37,707 nucleotides of DNA from Burkholderiales bacterium (lineage in GTDB: Bacteria > Pseudomonadota > Gammaproteobacteria > Burkholderiales > Burkholderiaceae_C): positions 1-37,707 of the forward strand of contig JBBRJU010000001.1 in the NCBI GenBank assembly GCA_038218895.1. The letters are read 5' to 3'. Shown here piece after piece: positions 17,539 to 26,448 of this stretch. Position 1 is the first letter of the stretch. Each line of letters starts with the position of its first letter. The notes beneath the pieces were generated by a model. The model did not search any database, was not told the origin of the DNA, and was given only the letters and a program-made list of their open reading frames with translations. The position numbers were made by a program, and so were the translations under genes.

Positions 17539-19755
17539 ATGCCCATCCAACTCCCCGCCATCGACGACCGCGACTACGCCAGCCTGGTGCGCGACACCCT
17601 CGCGCTGGCATCGGTGCACACGCCCGAGTGGACGCACACCGGCCCGAGCGACCCGGGTGTCACCTTGGTGGAGCTGTTTGCGTTCATGGCCGAAAGCCTG
17701 CTCTACCGCGCCAACCTGATCCCGGAGCGCAACCGGCTCAAGTTCTTGCAGCTGCTGGGTATCGGCTTGCGGCCGGCGCAGCCGGCGCGGGGCATCGTGC
17801 AGTTCAGCGTGGAGCCGGGCGCGCGGCAGAACGTCACCCTGGCCTCGGGCCTGCCGCTGCTGGCCGGTGCGGTGCCGTTCGTGAACGACCAGGGACTGGA
17901 CGTGCCGCCGGTGGCCGGCGTGGCCATGTTCAAGCGCCTGGCCGGCAGCGCTGACCCGGCCCTGCTCGACTACTACCGCCAGCTGTATGAAGCCACTGGG
18001 CGCGACCTGACGGTGTTCGATGGCGCGTTGGCGCCGGTGCTGTACGACACCGTCGCCCAGCCCGACCTGGCCGGGCCGATCGACGTCGGTGCCGACACCG
18101 TCGACGGCGCGTTGTGGATTGCCGTGCTCGCCGCCGCCAAGCCGACCGAAGCGGACAAGCTGCAGGCCCGCGAACAACTCGCTGGCCGCACGCTCAGCAT
18201 CGGCCTGGTCCCTGCACCGCCCGAGGCCAGCGCGCGGCTGGTGCCCGGGCGCAGCGCCAGCCCGCCAGCGCGCCTGAGCGTGTGGTGCCCGGCCACGACG
18301 GTGGGCAGCACGACCGCGGCCGCGCCCGACTACCGCCGGCTGGATGCGGTGGCACCCAACGGCTTCCCTGAACGGGCCGGCATCCTGCAGGTCACCCTGC
18401 CGGCCAATGCGGGCGAGATCGCCAGCTGGGCCGAGGCCGAGCCGCTGGAAGCCGGCGTGGGCGAACTGCCGCCGCAGCTCACCGACGAGGCCCTGGCCGC
18501 GCGGCTGCTCACCTGGCTGCGGGTCGATGGCCTGGCCACTGCCGGCGTCAAGCTCGCGTGGGCCGGCATCCACTGCGCAGTGGTCACCCAGCGCAGCCGC
18601 GTCGCCCGTGAGCTGCTGGCGCCCGGTGACGGCCAGCCCGAGCAGCGCCGGCGCTTGAGCCGCAGCCAGGTGTTGACCGATTCAATGCAGCTCAGCATCG
18701 CCGGCGCACCCTGGCTGCTGACCGATGCGCTGGAAGCCGCACCGCCCGAGGGCACGGCTGGCGCACGGGTGTTTGCGCTCGATGCCGAAGCGGGCGAGCT
18801 GCGCTTTGGCGACGGCGCGCGCGGCGCCCGTCCGCCTGCAGGCGCTGAAATCGCAGCCGGCTACGACAACTCGATCGGCGCAGCCGGCAATGTGGCGGCC
18901 GGCGCGATCAAACTCGGGCCCACGCTGCCGCCGGGTTTGAAGGTCAGCAACCCGCTGCCCGCGCAAGGAGGCATCGACGCAGAGTCCGCAGCTGACGGCG
19001 AAAAGCGCATTCCGCTGGTGCTGCGCCACCGCGACCGCGCGGTCAGCGCCGACGACTTCGACGCCATCATTCGAGAAACCCCTGGCGCCGATGTCGGTCG
19101 GGTGGAGGTGCTGCCTGCCTGGCACCCCGAGCTGTCGCCCGGCTTGCCCGGCGACCAGCCTGGCGTGGTCACCGCCATGCTGATTCCGCGCGTCGATGCC
19201 CGCCGGCCCGACAACCCCGTGCCCGGCGCCGACTTCATCAACGCGGTGTGCGAGCACCTTGCGCCGCGCCGCCTGGTCACCTGCGAGGTGCTGCTGCGCG
19301 GGCCTGTCTATACAAGCGTGTGGGTCAGCGTGGGCGTGGAGCTGCACGCCGGCCAGAGCGTGGCCACCGTGCGCGAGCGGGTGCGTGCCGCCCTGCGTGC
19401 CCACTTGTCGCCGCTGCCCATGGCGGGCGGTACGCCTGGCATGCCGGGGCTGGAGCATGGCTGGCCACTGTTCCGTGCCGTGTCCGCGCTGGAGCTGGCG
19501 ACGGTGGCGGCGCGGGTGGAGGGCGTGCTCGGCGTGACCGGCCTGCTGCTGGGCGACGCCAGTGGTGCGCAGCGCGACCGCGTGCCGATGCAAGGCCTGC
19601 AGCTGCCGCTGATCGCCGGCCTGTCGGTGGGCGTGGGCGACGCGGTGCCGCTGGGTGATCTGATCGGTCGTCCGGCCGGGTCAGACGGCAGCGCGATGGC
19701 AGCGGCAGCGGCAGCCCGCCGCCTGCCGGTGCCCAAGGTACCCGAGAACTGCTGA
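17539..19755 (+). CDS. Baseplate J-like wedge protein (Afp11-like)
   Basis: LPAIDDRDY, PEWT...SDPGVTLVELFA, LRFGDG, AAGNV, RDRAVSADDF. Confidence 0.94.
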   Translation: MPIQLPAIDDRDYASLVRDTLALASVHTPEWTHTGPSDPGVTLVELFAFMAESLLYRANLIPERNRLKFLQLLGIGLRPAQPARGIVQFSVEPGARQNVTLASGLPLLAGAVPFVNDQGLDVPPVAGVAMFKRLAGSADPALLDYYRQLYEATGRDLTVFDGALAPVLYDTVAQPDLAGPIDVGADTVDGALWIAVLAAAKPTEADKLQAREQLAGRTLSIGLVPAPPEASARLVPGRSASPPARLSVWCPATTVGSTTAAAPDYRRLDAVAPNGFPERAGILQVTLPANAGEIASWAEAEPLEAGVGELPPQLTDEALAARLLTWLRVDGLATAGVKLAWAGIHCAVVTQRSRVARELLAPGDGQPEQRRRLSRSQVLTDSMQLSIAGAPWLLTDALEAAPPEGTAGARVFALDAEAGELRFGDGARGARPPAGAEIAAGYDNSIGAAGNVAAGAIKLGPTLPPGLKVSNPLPAQGGIDAESAADGEKRIPLVLRHRDRAVSADDFDAIIRETPGADVGRVEVLPAWHPELSPGLPGDQPGVVTAMLIPRVDARRPDNPVPGADFINAVCEHLAPRRLVTCEVLLRGPVYTSVWVSVGVELHAGQSVATVRERVRAALRAHLSPLPMAGGTPGMPGLEHGWPLFRAVSALELATVAARVEGVLGVTGLLLGDASGAQRDRVPMQGLQLPLIAGLSVGVGDAVPLGDLIGRPAGSDGSAMAAAAAARRLPVPKVPENC

Positions 19756-19756
19756 C

Positions 19757-22618
19757 ATGGACAGCAACGGCAGCCGCTACCACGCGCTGGTCACCCGCGA
19801 GGACTGGCTCGCGCAGGTGGTGCCACCGCAGCCCGGCGCCGAGCCCAGGCTCGCCTGGGACAGCAGGGCCGGCCTGCTGGCGCTGCGCCCGCTGCTGTTC
19901 GAGTTCCGCGCGCCGCGCGCGGTCGTGTTGGACGAACCCGGCCCACGCGCTGGCGGCGTGTTCGATGCCTTCGGCAATCTCTTCGCCTTGACGCCGGCGG
20001 GCGACGCGATCCGCATTCGCTCCAGCGGCAGTGCTGCCACGTCGACCTTCTGGCCGCTGCCGGTGCTGGACGGTGCCGTGGTCGAGGGCGGGGCGCGCAC
20101 GCCCTTGCCGGTGGCCGGCGGCGCCTTTGCGCCGCTGTCGCCCGACCCCGCCAGCCGCGCGCCGCTGCTTGACAGGCTCACCGTCACCACCGGCCACTAC
20201 CTGGTGGCGGCCAGCGTCGCGGCCGGTGGTCTGCTGATTTTCGACCTGCACGGTGGCGCCCCGCCACTGCGCCAGCCCTGGCCCGGCATGCCCGCGCCCG
20301 AGGCCCTGATCGCCCTGGCCGATGGTGGCCTGGGCCTGCTCAGCGCGGGCCGGCTGCACCGCCTTGCACCTGACCTGCTGCCTTGTGTCGAGGTGCCATC
20401 CACACCTGCTGCATTCGCCCCCCAGGGTGCCGTGCCTGCAACCGCCGCGCCGCCCGACACCGCGCCGGTCTGGGTCATCGACCTGCGGCCCGCACTCGGT
20501 GCTGGTGCCACCGTCACCGCGTGCCTGCGGGTGGCCGACGACAGGCTGGTCGTGCTGGGCAGCCGTGCCGGCGAATCGACGCAGCGCCTGGGCCTGATCG
20601 CGCTCGATGGCACGCCGTTGGCCGTGCAAGGGCCCACTGGCCAGCCGCTCGGCGCGCTGAACACGCTGATCGCGGCGATGGTGGTCACGCCCGAGGGCGC
20701 CACGCGCGCGCCCGACGTGCTGCTGTCGGCCCGCAGCCTCGTCATCGAAACCCGCGCCAAACCGGCCGCCGATGAACCCGACTTCGCGCTGGTGGTGCTG
20801 GCCGCCGGCGGCGACCAGGCCTTTCGCCTGGCGGGCCGCTGGGTCAACGGCGCGCTGCAGCTCAGCGTGCAGCGCGACTACCTGCCGCTGCGCCGCTACC
20901 AGGGCGGCGGCTTCGCCAGCCTGGGCGCTGGCGCGGTGCTGCATGCCTACCCGTCAGCGCGGGTTTTTTACGCCAGCGAAGGCCGCTGGGTGCCGCTGCT
21001 GGCGCTGCCGCAGCCGCGTTGCGAGCGCGAGGCGGTGCTCGAGGCGCCCGCCTGGGACAGCGGCCTGCCGGGCTGCACCTGGCACCGCCTGGTGCTGGAG
21101 GCCAGCCGCCCACCCGGCGGCATGATCACCGTGCAAAGCCGCTGCGCTGACGACGCCGCGCTGCTGGCCAAACTGCCTTGGCGCGACGAGCCCCCACTGC
21201 TGGCCCACCCGGCCGGCAGCGAGTTGCCCTGGCGCAGCCGCGAGGCCACCAGTGCCTGCGCCGATCTGCAAAGCCTCACCGCGTTGCTGCAAGACGCGCG
21301 CGGCCGTTGGCTGCAGCTGCGCCTGCTGCTCAGCGGCGACGGCCAGCAAAGCCCCGGCCTGGCGGCGCTGCGCGTCTGGTACCCGCGCTTCTCGTACCTG
21401 AAGGAATACCTGCCGGCGGCGTACCGGGCCGATGCTGCCAGCGCCTCGTTGCTGGACCGCATGCTCGCGCTGTTCGAGGGCGAGTTCACCCGTTGGGAAG
21501 ACCGCATCGCCGCCGCGCAGCTGCTGCTCGACGCCCGCAGCGCCCCGGCCGACACCCTGGCCTGGCTGGCCCAGTGGGTGGCGCTGGCCTTCGATCCCTC
21601 CACCGGCCCGCTGCGCCGGCGCCTGCTGCTGCGCCACGCGATGAGCGGCCACGCCCGGCGTGGCACCGTGCCCGGCCTGCTTCTGGCCGCCACCCTGGCC
21701 TGGGAGACGGCTGACGCCGACGCGGCCGAAGTCGAGTGCTGGATGCGCAGCCCCGAGCGCCTGCCCGAGCGGCGCCACGGACTGCGGCTGCAAGAACTAT
21801 TCGGCCTGACGCTGCCTTTGCCGCCTGGCGCGTGGGGGCTGGCGCTGGGTGCTGCCGATCTGCTGGCGCGGCTGGGCGGCGACACATCGCTGCTGGCCAC
21901 CGATGCCCGCCTGCCGGTGCTGCAACAGGCGCTGGGCTTCGTGCCACGCGGCGCGCAGGAAGAAGAAAGCCGCCGCGCCGCCTGGCGCCTGCCCGCGCTG
22001 CCCGACGACGAGCCCATCGATTCGGCTGAGCGCGAGCGCTATGCCGCGTACCTGGCCGCAAGCCAGGTCTGCGCACCGCTGCGCCAGCGCTGGCAAGATT
22101 TTTTGAGCCGCCGCTGGCGCCAGGTCAGCGCGCTCAACGCCGCCTGGGGTACACGTTGGCGTGGTTTTGAGCAAGTGCCCAGCGCCACCCGCTTGCCGGC
22201 CAGCCGCGTGGCCCTGGCCGACTGGCATGTGTTCGAGTCGCAGGTGCTGCGCGGTCTGGGCAATGCGCACCGCTTTCGCATCGTGCTGCCCAGCCCGCAG
22301 ACCAACGGCGGCCCGCTCGATGTGGACGAGATCAGCCGCCGCCGCGCAGCGGTGTGGCGCGCGATCGAGCGTGACCGACCGGCCCACACGGTGGCCGAGT
22401 TGCGCTTTGGTTTCGAGCTGTTCCGCGTTGGCGAGGCGCGCTTGGGGCTCGACACCCGGCTTGAACACGGCCTGACCCGCCGGCCCGAGCTGGCCGCGTT
22501 GGGCAACGCACTTTCCCTCTGGTCGCCGATGGTGCTGGGCCAGAACGACCTGGGCGGTGCGCAACTCGCCAGCGCCCGCCCGCTGCCACCTGCCGACCGC
22601 ATCGGTCTGGACCGATGA
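19757..22618 (+). CDS. Phage tail protein I-like (P2 gpI) baseplate wedge (Afp12-like) with large N-terminal extension
   Basis: YLPAAYR...LLDRMLALFE, APADTLAWLAQWV, RRGTVPGL, AHRFRIV, RPAHT, FRVGEARLGLDT. Confidence 0.88.
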   Translation: MDSNGSRYHALVTREDWLAQVVPPQPGAEPRLAWDSRAGLLALRPLLFEFRAPRAVVLDEPGPRAGGVFDAFGNLFALTPAGDAIRIRSSGSAATSTFWPLPVLDGAVVEGGARTPLPVAGGAFAPLSPDPASRAPLLDRLTVTTGHYLVAASVAAGGLLIFDLHGGAPPLRQPWPGMPAPEALIALADGGLGLLSAGRLHRLAPDLLPCVEVPSTPAAFAPQGAVPATAAPPDTAPVWVIDLRPALGAGATVTACLRVADDRLVVLGSRAGESTQRLGLIALDGTPLAVQGPTGQPLGALNTLIAAMVVTPEGATRAPDVLLSARSLVIETRAKPAADEPDFALVVLAAGGDQAFRLAGRWVNGALQLSVQRDYLPLRRYQGGGFASLGAGAVLHAYPSARVFYASEGRWVPLLALPQPRCEREAVLEAPAWDSGLPGCTWHRLVLEASRPPGGMITVQSRCADDAALLAKLPWRDEPPLLAHPAGSELPWRSREATSACADLQSLTALLQDARGRWLQLRLLLSGDGQQSPGLAALRVWYPRFSYLKEYLPAAYRADAASASLLDRMLALFEGEFTRWEDRIAAAQLLLDARSAPADTLAWLAQWVALAFDPSTGPLRRRLLLRHAMSGHARRGTVPGLLLAATLAWETADADAAEVECWMRSPERLPERRHGLRLQELFGLTLPLPPGAWGLALGAADLLARLGGDTSLLATDARLPVLQQALGFVPRGAQEEESRRAAWRLPALPDDEPIDSAERERYAAYLAASQVCAPLRQRWQDFLSRRWRQVSALNAAWGTRWRGFEQVPSATRLPASRVALADWHVFESQVLRGLGNAHRFRIVLPSPQTNGGPLDVDEISRRRAAVWRAIERDRPAHTVAELRFGFELFRVGEARLGLDTRLEHGLTRRPELAALGNALSLWSPMVLGQNDLGGAQLASARPLPPADRIGLDR

Positions 22619-22639
22619 GCCTGCATTCAGGAGACCACC

Positions 22640-25126
22640 ATGCGTTGTTGCACAGGTTCCAACTTCAGTCCCGCGCCGGGCGCCGCGCTCGACCTGAGCC
22701 AGCGGGTCAACTTCAGCTTCGGCATGGTGCTGGGCGTGGACGACTTCCGCCAGGAGCACGCCTACCTGGCTGCCCGGGACGAGCGCGCGTTGCGCGAAAC
22801 CATCGGCTACGGCGTGCTCAGCGGCCTGGCGGTGTCGGCCGGCAAGGCGGAGGAGGCAGCCGACGGCGACCAGGTTCGCGTCGCCCCTGGGCTGGCCTTG
22901 CTGCCCGACGGGCACCTGGTGGGCATCGCCACCGAGCAATGCGCCAACATCAGCGCCTGGCGGGCGGCGGAAATCGCCAACGACGCGGCGGCCGCCACCC
23001 GGCCCACGGTCTACGTGATGCTGCGTTATGCCGAGATCAGCAGCACGCCGGTGCCCATTCCAGGCGAGCCCTGCCGGGACGAAAGCGCGCTGACGGCTGA
23101 CGCCCGCATCAGCGACAGCTTCAGCCTCGACTTTTCCTGGGTTGCGCCGAGCCAGGCCGAAGACAACGCGGTGCGCTCAGTGGTGGCCTGGCTTCGCGGC
23201 ATCAAGGTGCGCAATGTGCTGCCCAGTGCCGTGCCGCTAAAGCAGTTCCAGCACGATGTCGAGGCCGGCTTGCGCGCCGCGATCGCGGCCAACTGGCCCG
23301 CTGACGTCTCGCCCCCGCTGGCCGCCGCGCCAGCCCTGGCCGAGCCCAGCAGCCTGGGCGTGCCGCCGGTTGAACTGGTGATTCCCCGGACCGCTTACGC
23401 CGCCTACCTGAACGCCGCGTTCGAGGTGTGGGTGCGGCAGCTGCGTGCCGAGGTGATGGCCCACCACGGCCCGGTGCCAGCGGCCGAAGCCCTGGCCGAG
23501 CGTGGCCTGCTGCTGGCCGCCGTGGACGTGCTGTCGGTCGGCGGCGTGCCCCCCGCTGCCGAGCTGCCGCGCGCCCGTCTGCTGGGCCGCCCGCAGCTGT
23601 TGCACCTGCGCCTGCTGCAGGAATGGCTGCTGCGCGACGGCAGCCAGGATGCGCCGCGCGAGGCGCACTACCTGCTCGGCAAGGGTGACCCTGCGCTCGA
23701 CCACGCGCAAGACCTGCTGGCCGACTTCAGCGCCCACAACCACGCGATCAGCCGGGTGGACACCGTGCCCGACACCACCGACGGCGGCAACGGCAACAAG
23801 GCGGTGCTGCGTCCAGCCGTCAAGTGGCCTGGTGGCGAACCCGCTGCGGGCGGCCCTGACTACTATGGCCCGGCGATGAGCCAGCCGATTCCTGTCAGCG
23901 ACGGCGGCACGGCCCAGGCCGTCGCGCCGGCGCCGGGGCAACTGCTGGTCGGCGCCCTGACAGTGGGGCGCAGGCCTGCACGCTTCGTGCTGGGCAACCT
24001 GGTCGGCGCGGCCTTGCCGAAGCCGGAGGGCCCGTCGCCCAACATCCTGGTCGATGTGGCGAGCGGCGCGCCCGATATTCGCCTCGACACGGTGCAAGAC
24101 ATCGGCCCCGGCGCCAGCCCGGGGTTTGCCGGCCTGGCGGTGAACGGCCTGCTCAGCGCCGACAGCCTGGCGGTCAGCGCCGACGCGGCGGTGCAAGGCC
24201 AGTTGTCTGTTGCCGGTGCGCTGGTGTTGGGCGAGCCGCTTTCCAGCGTGCTGGCCAGCAACGACAAGGGCGTGGTGGTTGCCGCAGCGGGCTGGGACGG
24301 TGACGAGGCCGCGCTCGGCGCCGAATCGCCTCCGCCCTACGTGTACAAGCCGGGCCAGAAGGCGCCGGTGCGCATCGAAGACGGCGGCACCGGCTTGCGC
24401 GCCCGGCCCCGGCAACTGCAGGTGCTGGTCGGTGTGGAGCCCGGAGAGCGGCGCGGGCGGGCGGGTGGCGCCTACGTGCTGGCCGACCTGGTGGCGGGCG
24501 AAAACATCAAGCTCGACCTGAGCCAGCGGCGCGTTGGTGCGTTGGAGTCGATGGGGTGGCAGCTCAGCATCACGGCGACCGGCGTCGGAGGTGGCCCTGC
24601 CACGCAGGTGTTGGCCGCCGGCAACTCGGACAGCCCGCCGTCGCTCACCGCAGTGACCACTGCCAACCAGGTGTCGATCGACACGGTGCAGCCGCTGCAC
24701 CCGGCCGCCGGCCCGCAGTTCGACAGCCTGCGGTTGGTGAACCCGGGCCGCACCAGCGCTGATGCGATGCTGGGCTGGCACAAGGAAACCGGCGAGTTGG
24801 TGTTGACCGAGGCGCCGCCGCCCGTGGCCACTGACGTGGGCAAATGGCCGATCCGGCTCGCCAAGGCGGCGCCGGAACTGGTGGTGAGCGACAAGGACCA
24901 GGTCATCGTCGTCCTGGTCAGTGGCGAGATCGCCATGCCCGACATCCGCAGGGATCGCATCGGCGACGGCCGGGTGATCGTGCTCAAGGCCGTCAAGGGC
25001 GTCGACGTTTTGCGGGTGCTCAATGTGGACGAACAACCCGACGGCATCCGCCTGGAGCCCGGCAACGCGCTGACCCTGATCGCTTCGCGCGAGATGCGGG
25101 CCTGGCTGGTGATCGGCAGGAGCTGA
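22640..25126 (+). CDS. Putative tail fibre (Afp13-like)
   Basis: AGGAG RBS; N-terminal attachment-type domain RVNFSFGMVLGVDDFRQEHAY...VAPGLALLPDG; two internal DGGT/DTVQ repeats; beta-rich tip domain. Confidence 0.75.
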   Translation: MRCCTGSNFSPAPGAALDLSQRVNFSFGMVLGVDDFRQEHAYLAARDERALRETIGYGVLSGLAVSAGKAEEAADGDQVRVAPGLALLPDGHLVGIATEQCANISAWRAAEIANDAAAATRPTVYVMLRYAEISSTPVPIPGEPCRDESALTADARISDSFSLDFSWVAPSQAEDNAVRSVVAWLRGIKVRNVLPSAVPLKQFQHDVEAGLRAAIAANWPADVSPPLAAAPALAEPSSLGVPPVELVIPRTAYAAYLNAAFEVWVRQLRAEVMAHHGPVPAAEALAERGLLLAAVDVLSVGGVPPAAELPRARLLGRPQLLHLRLLQEWLLRDGSQDAPREAHYLLGKGDPALDHAQDLLADFSAHNHAISRVDTVPDTTDGGNGNKAVLRPAVKWPGGEPAAGGPDYYGPAMSQPIPVSDGGTAQAVAPAPGQLLVGALTVGRRPARFVLGNLVGAALPKPEGPSPNILVDVASGAPDIRLDTVQDIGPGASPGFAGLAVNGLLSADSLAVSADAAVQGQLSVAGALVLGEPLSSVLASNDKGVVVAAAGWDGDEAALGAESPPPYVYKPGQKAPVRIEDGGTGLRARPRQLQVLVGVEPGERRGRAGGAYVLADLVAGENIKLDLSQRRVGALESMGWQLSITATGVGGGPATQVLAAGNSDSPPSLTAVTTANQVSIDTVQPLHPAAGPQFDSLRLVNPGRTSADAMLGWHKETGELVLTEAPPPVATDVGKWPIRLAKAAPELVVSDKDQVIVVLVSGEIAMPDIRRDRIGDGRVIVLKAVKGVDVLRVLNVDEQPDGIRLEPGNALTLIASREMRAWLVIGRS

Positions 25127-25128
25127 AC

Positions 25129-26448
25129 ATGGCCACCACCACCGCCTTGCTGAACCAGCCCGTCGATGCACTCGGCGAGCCGCGCAGCTTTTTCTTCAAC
25201 GGCCGCCTGCTCAGCGCCGAAGACCTGCAGCGCGAACAAGACCAGCGTGCCGGCGGCCAGCGCCGCCTGGCACGGCTGATTGGCTGCGGCGTGGCCAATG
25301 GCTTGCAGGTCAGCCGGCTGAGCACGGCCAGCAAGCTGCGCATCGAGCCGGGCCTGGGCGTGACGCCGTCGGGCGAGCTGATCGAGATTGATCAGCTTGA
25401 TCTCGACCTCAGTGCCGTTGCCCGCGCCGGCCGTCTGGGCGGCTTTGGCAACTGCGCCGCTGGCCTGGCCGACGGGCAGCCGCTGGCCGGCCTGTACCTG
25501 CTGGTGCTCACCCCCGCCTGGACGCCGCAGGGCAGGGCGCAGACCCTGCTCGGCGAGGTGGGGGCCTGCAACCGCCGCACCGAACAGCCAGCGGTGCGTG
25601 CGCGCCTGCTGGAGTTGCTGCCCCCGGCCAGCGCCACCCTGCTCAACCTGCGCAACCTGCTGGCCGTGGGTCTGCTCTCGCCCGGCCAGGGCCTCGTGGC
25701 CACCGGCGCTGGCGAGCGCGTGGGCTGGTGGCCGCGCCAGCGCCAGCGCAGCGACACGGGCGCCAGCTGCCCCACGCTGGGCGCCGACGATCTGCCGCTG
25801 GCAGTGGTGCAGATCGACAGCAGTGCCGGCGTGGTGTTCCTGGATGCCGACGCCGCCCGCCGCCCGCTCGCGCCGCCGCCAGGGGGTGCCGGTGACGTGC
25901 TTTGGCCGCTGTCCTGGGCGGTGGAAATGCAAGCCTTTGGCGCGCAGTTCCTGGCCCAACTTGGCGCCGCCGTGCCGCCACCGGCCAGCGCATTTGACTG
26001 GCTCCCACCTGCCTTGGCGCTGAGCCGCGCGCAACTCGACCGCTTTGTTCAAGTCTTCGACGCCAAGTTTCCCGCCCGCAGCCCCACGCTGGGCCGCGCC
26101 GCGTTTGCCCATGCCTTGCAGGACGGCTGGCTCGACGAGCCCGTGGCCCACCAGCACGCGAACTGGCAGGTGGTCAGGTTGGCCGGGCATGCCGACCGCT
26201 TGCTGCTGCGCATGCAGACCGAAGGGGCAGAGGCCGGCGTGCTGCCTGCCAATCCCCGTCAGGGTCTTGGCGAGCGCACATCGGCCGGCGTCGCCAGCGA
26301 GGCATCCAAGCTGCTGACGGCGGGCCGGCGCGCCAAGCTGCATCCCAACGAAGGCCCGTCGCCGAGCAAGGCGGAGCTGTCGGTGGCCGCGTCTGCCTTG
26401 ACCCAGGCGCCAGACCGGCCCAAGCGTCTTCGCAACAAGCCACCATGA
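25129..26448 (+). CDS. Hypothetical eCIS baseplate/fibre-associated protein, paralogous to the N-terminus of the preceding gene
   Basis: AGGAG RBS and ATG 25129; FFFNGRLLSAEDLQREQ...GCGVANGLQV...IEPGLGVTPSGELI. Confidence 0.78.
   Translation: MATTTALLNQPVDALGEPRSFFFNGRLLSAEDLQREQDQRAGGQRRLARLIGCGVANGLQVSRLSTASKLRIEPGLGVTPSGELIEIDQLDLDLSAVARAGRLGGFGNCAAGLADGQPLAGLYLLVLTPAWTPQGRAQTLLGEVGACNRRTEQPAVRARLLELLPPASATLLNLRNLLAVGLLSPGQGLVATGAGERVGWWPRQRQRSDTGASCPTLGADDLPLAVVQIDSSAGVVFLDADAARRPLAPPPGGAGDVLWPLSWAVEMQAFGAQFLAQLGAAVPPPASAFDWLPPALALSRAQLDRFVQVFDAKFPARSPTLGRAAFAHALQDGWLDEPVAHQHANWQVVRLAGHADRLLLRMQTEGAEAGVLPANPRQGLGERTSAGVASEASKLLTAGRRAKLHPNEGPSPSKAELSVAASALTQAPDRPKRLRNKPP

Noticed and set aside
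22688-24529. 18-bp direct repeat CTCGACCTGAGCCAGCGG in the fibre gene as a recombination site
   Set aside because: Both copies encode LDLSQR in frame with preferred codons, and no recombinase is nearby.
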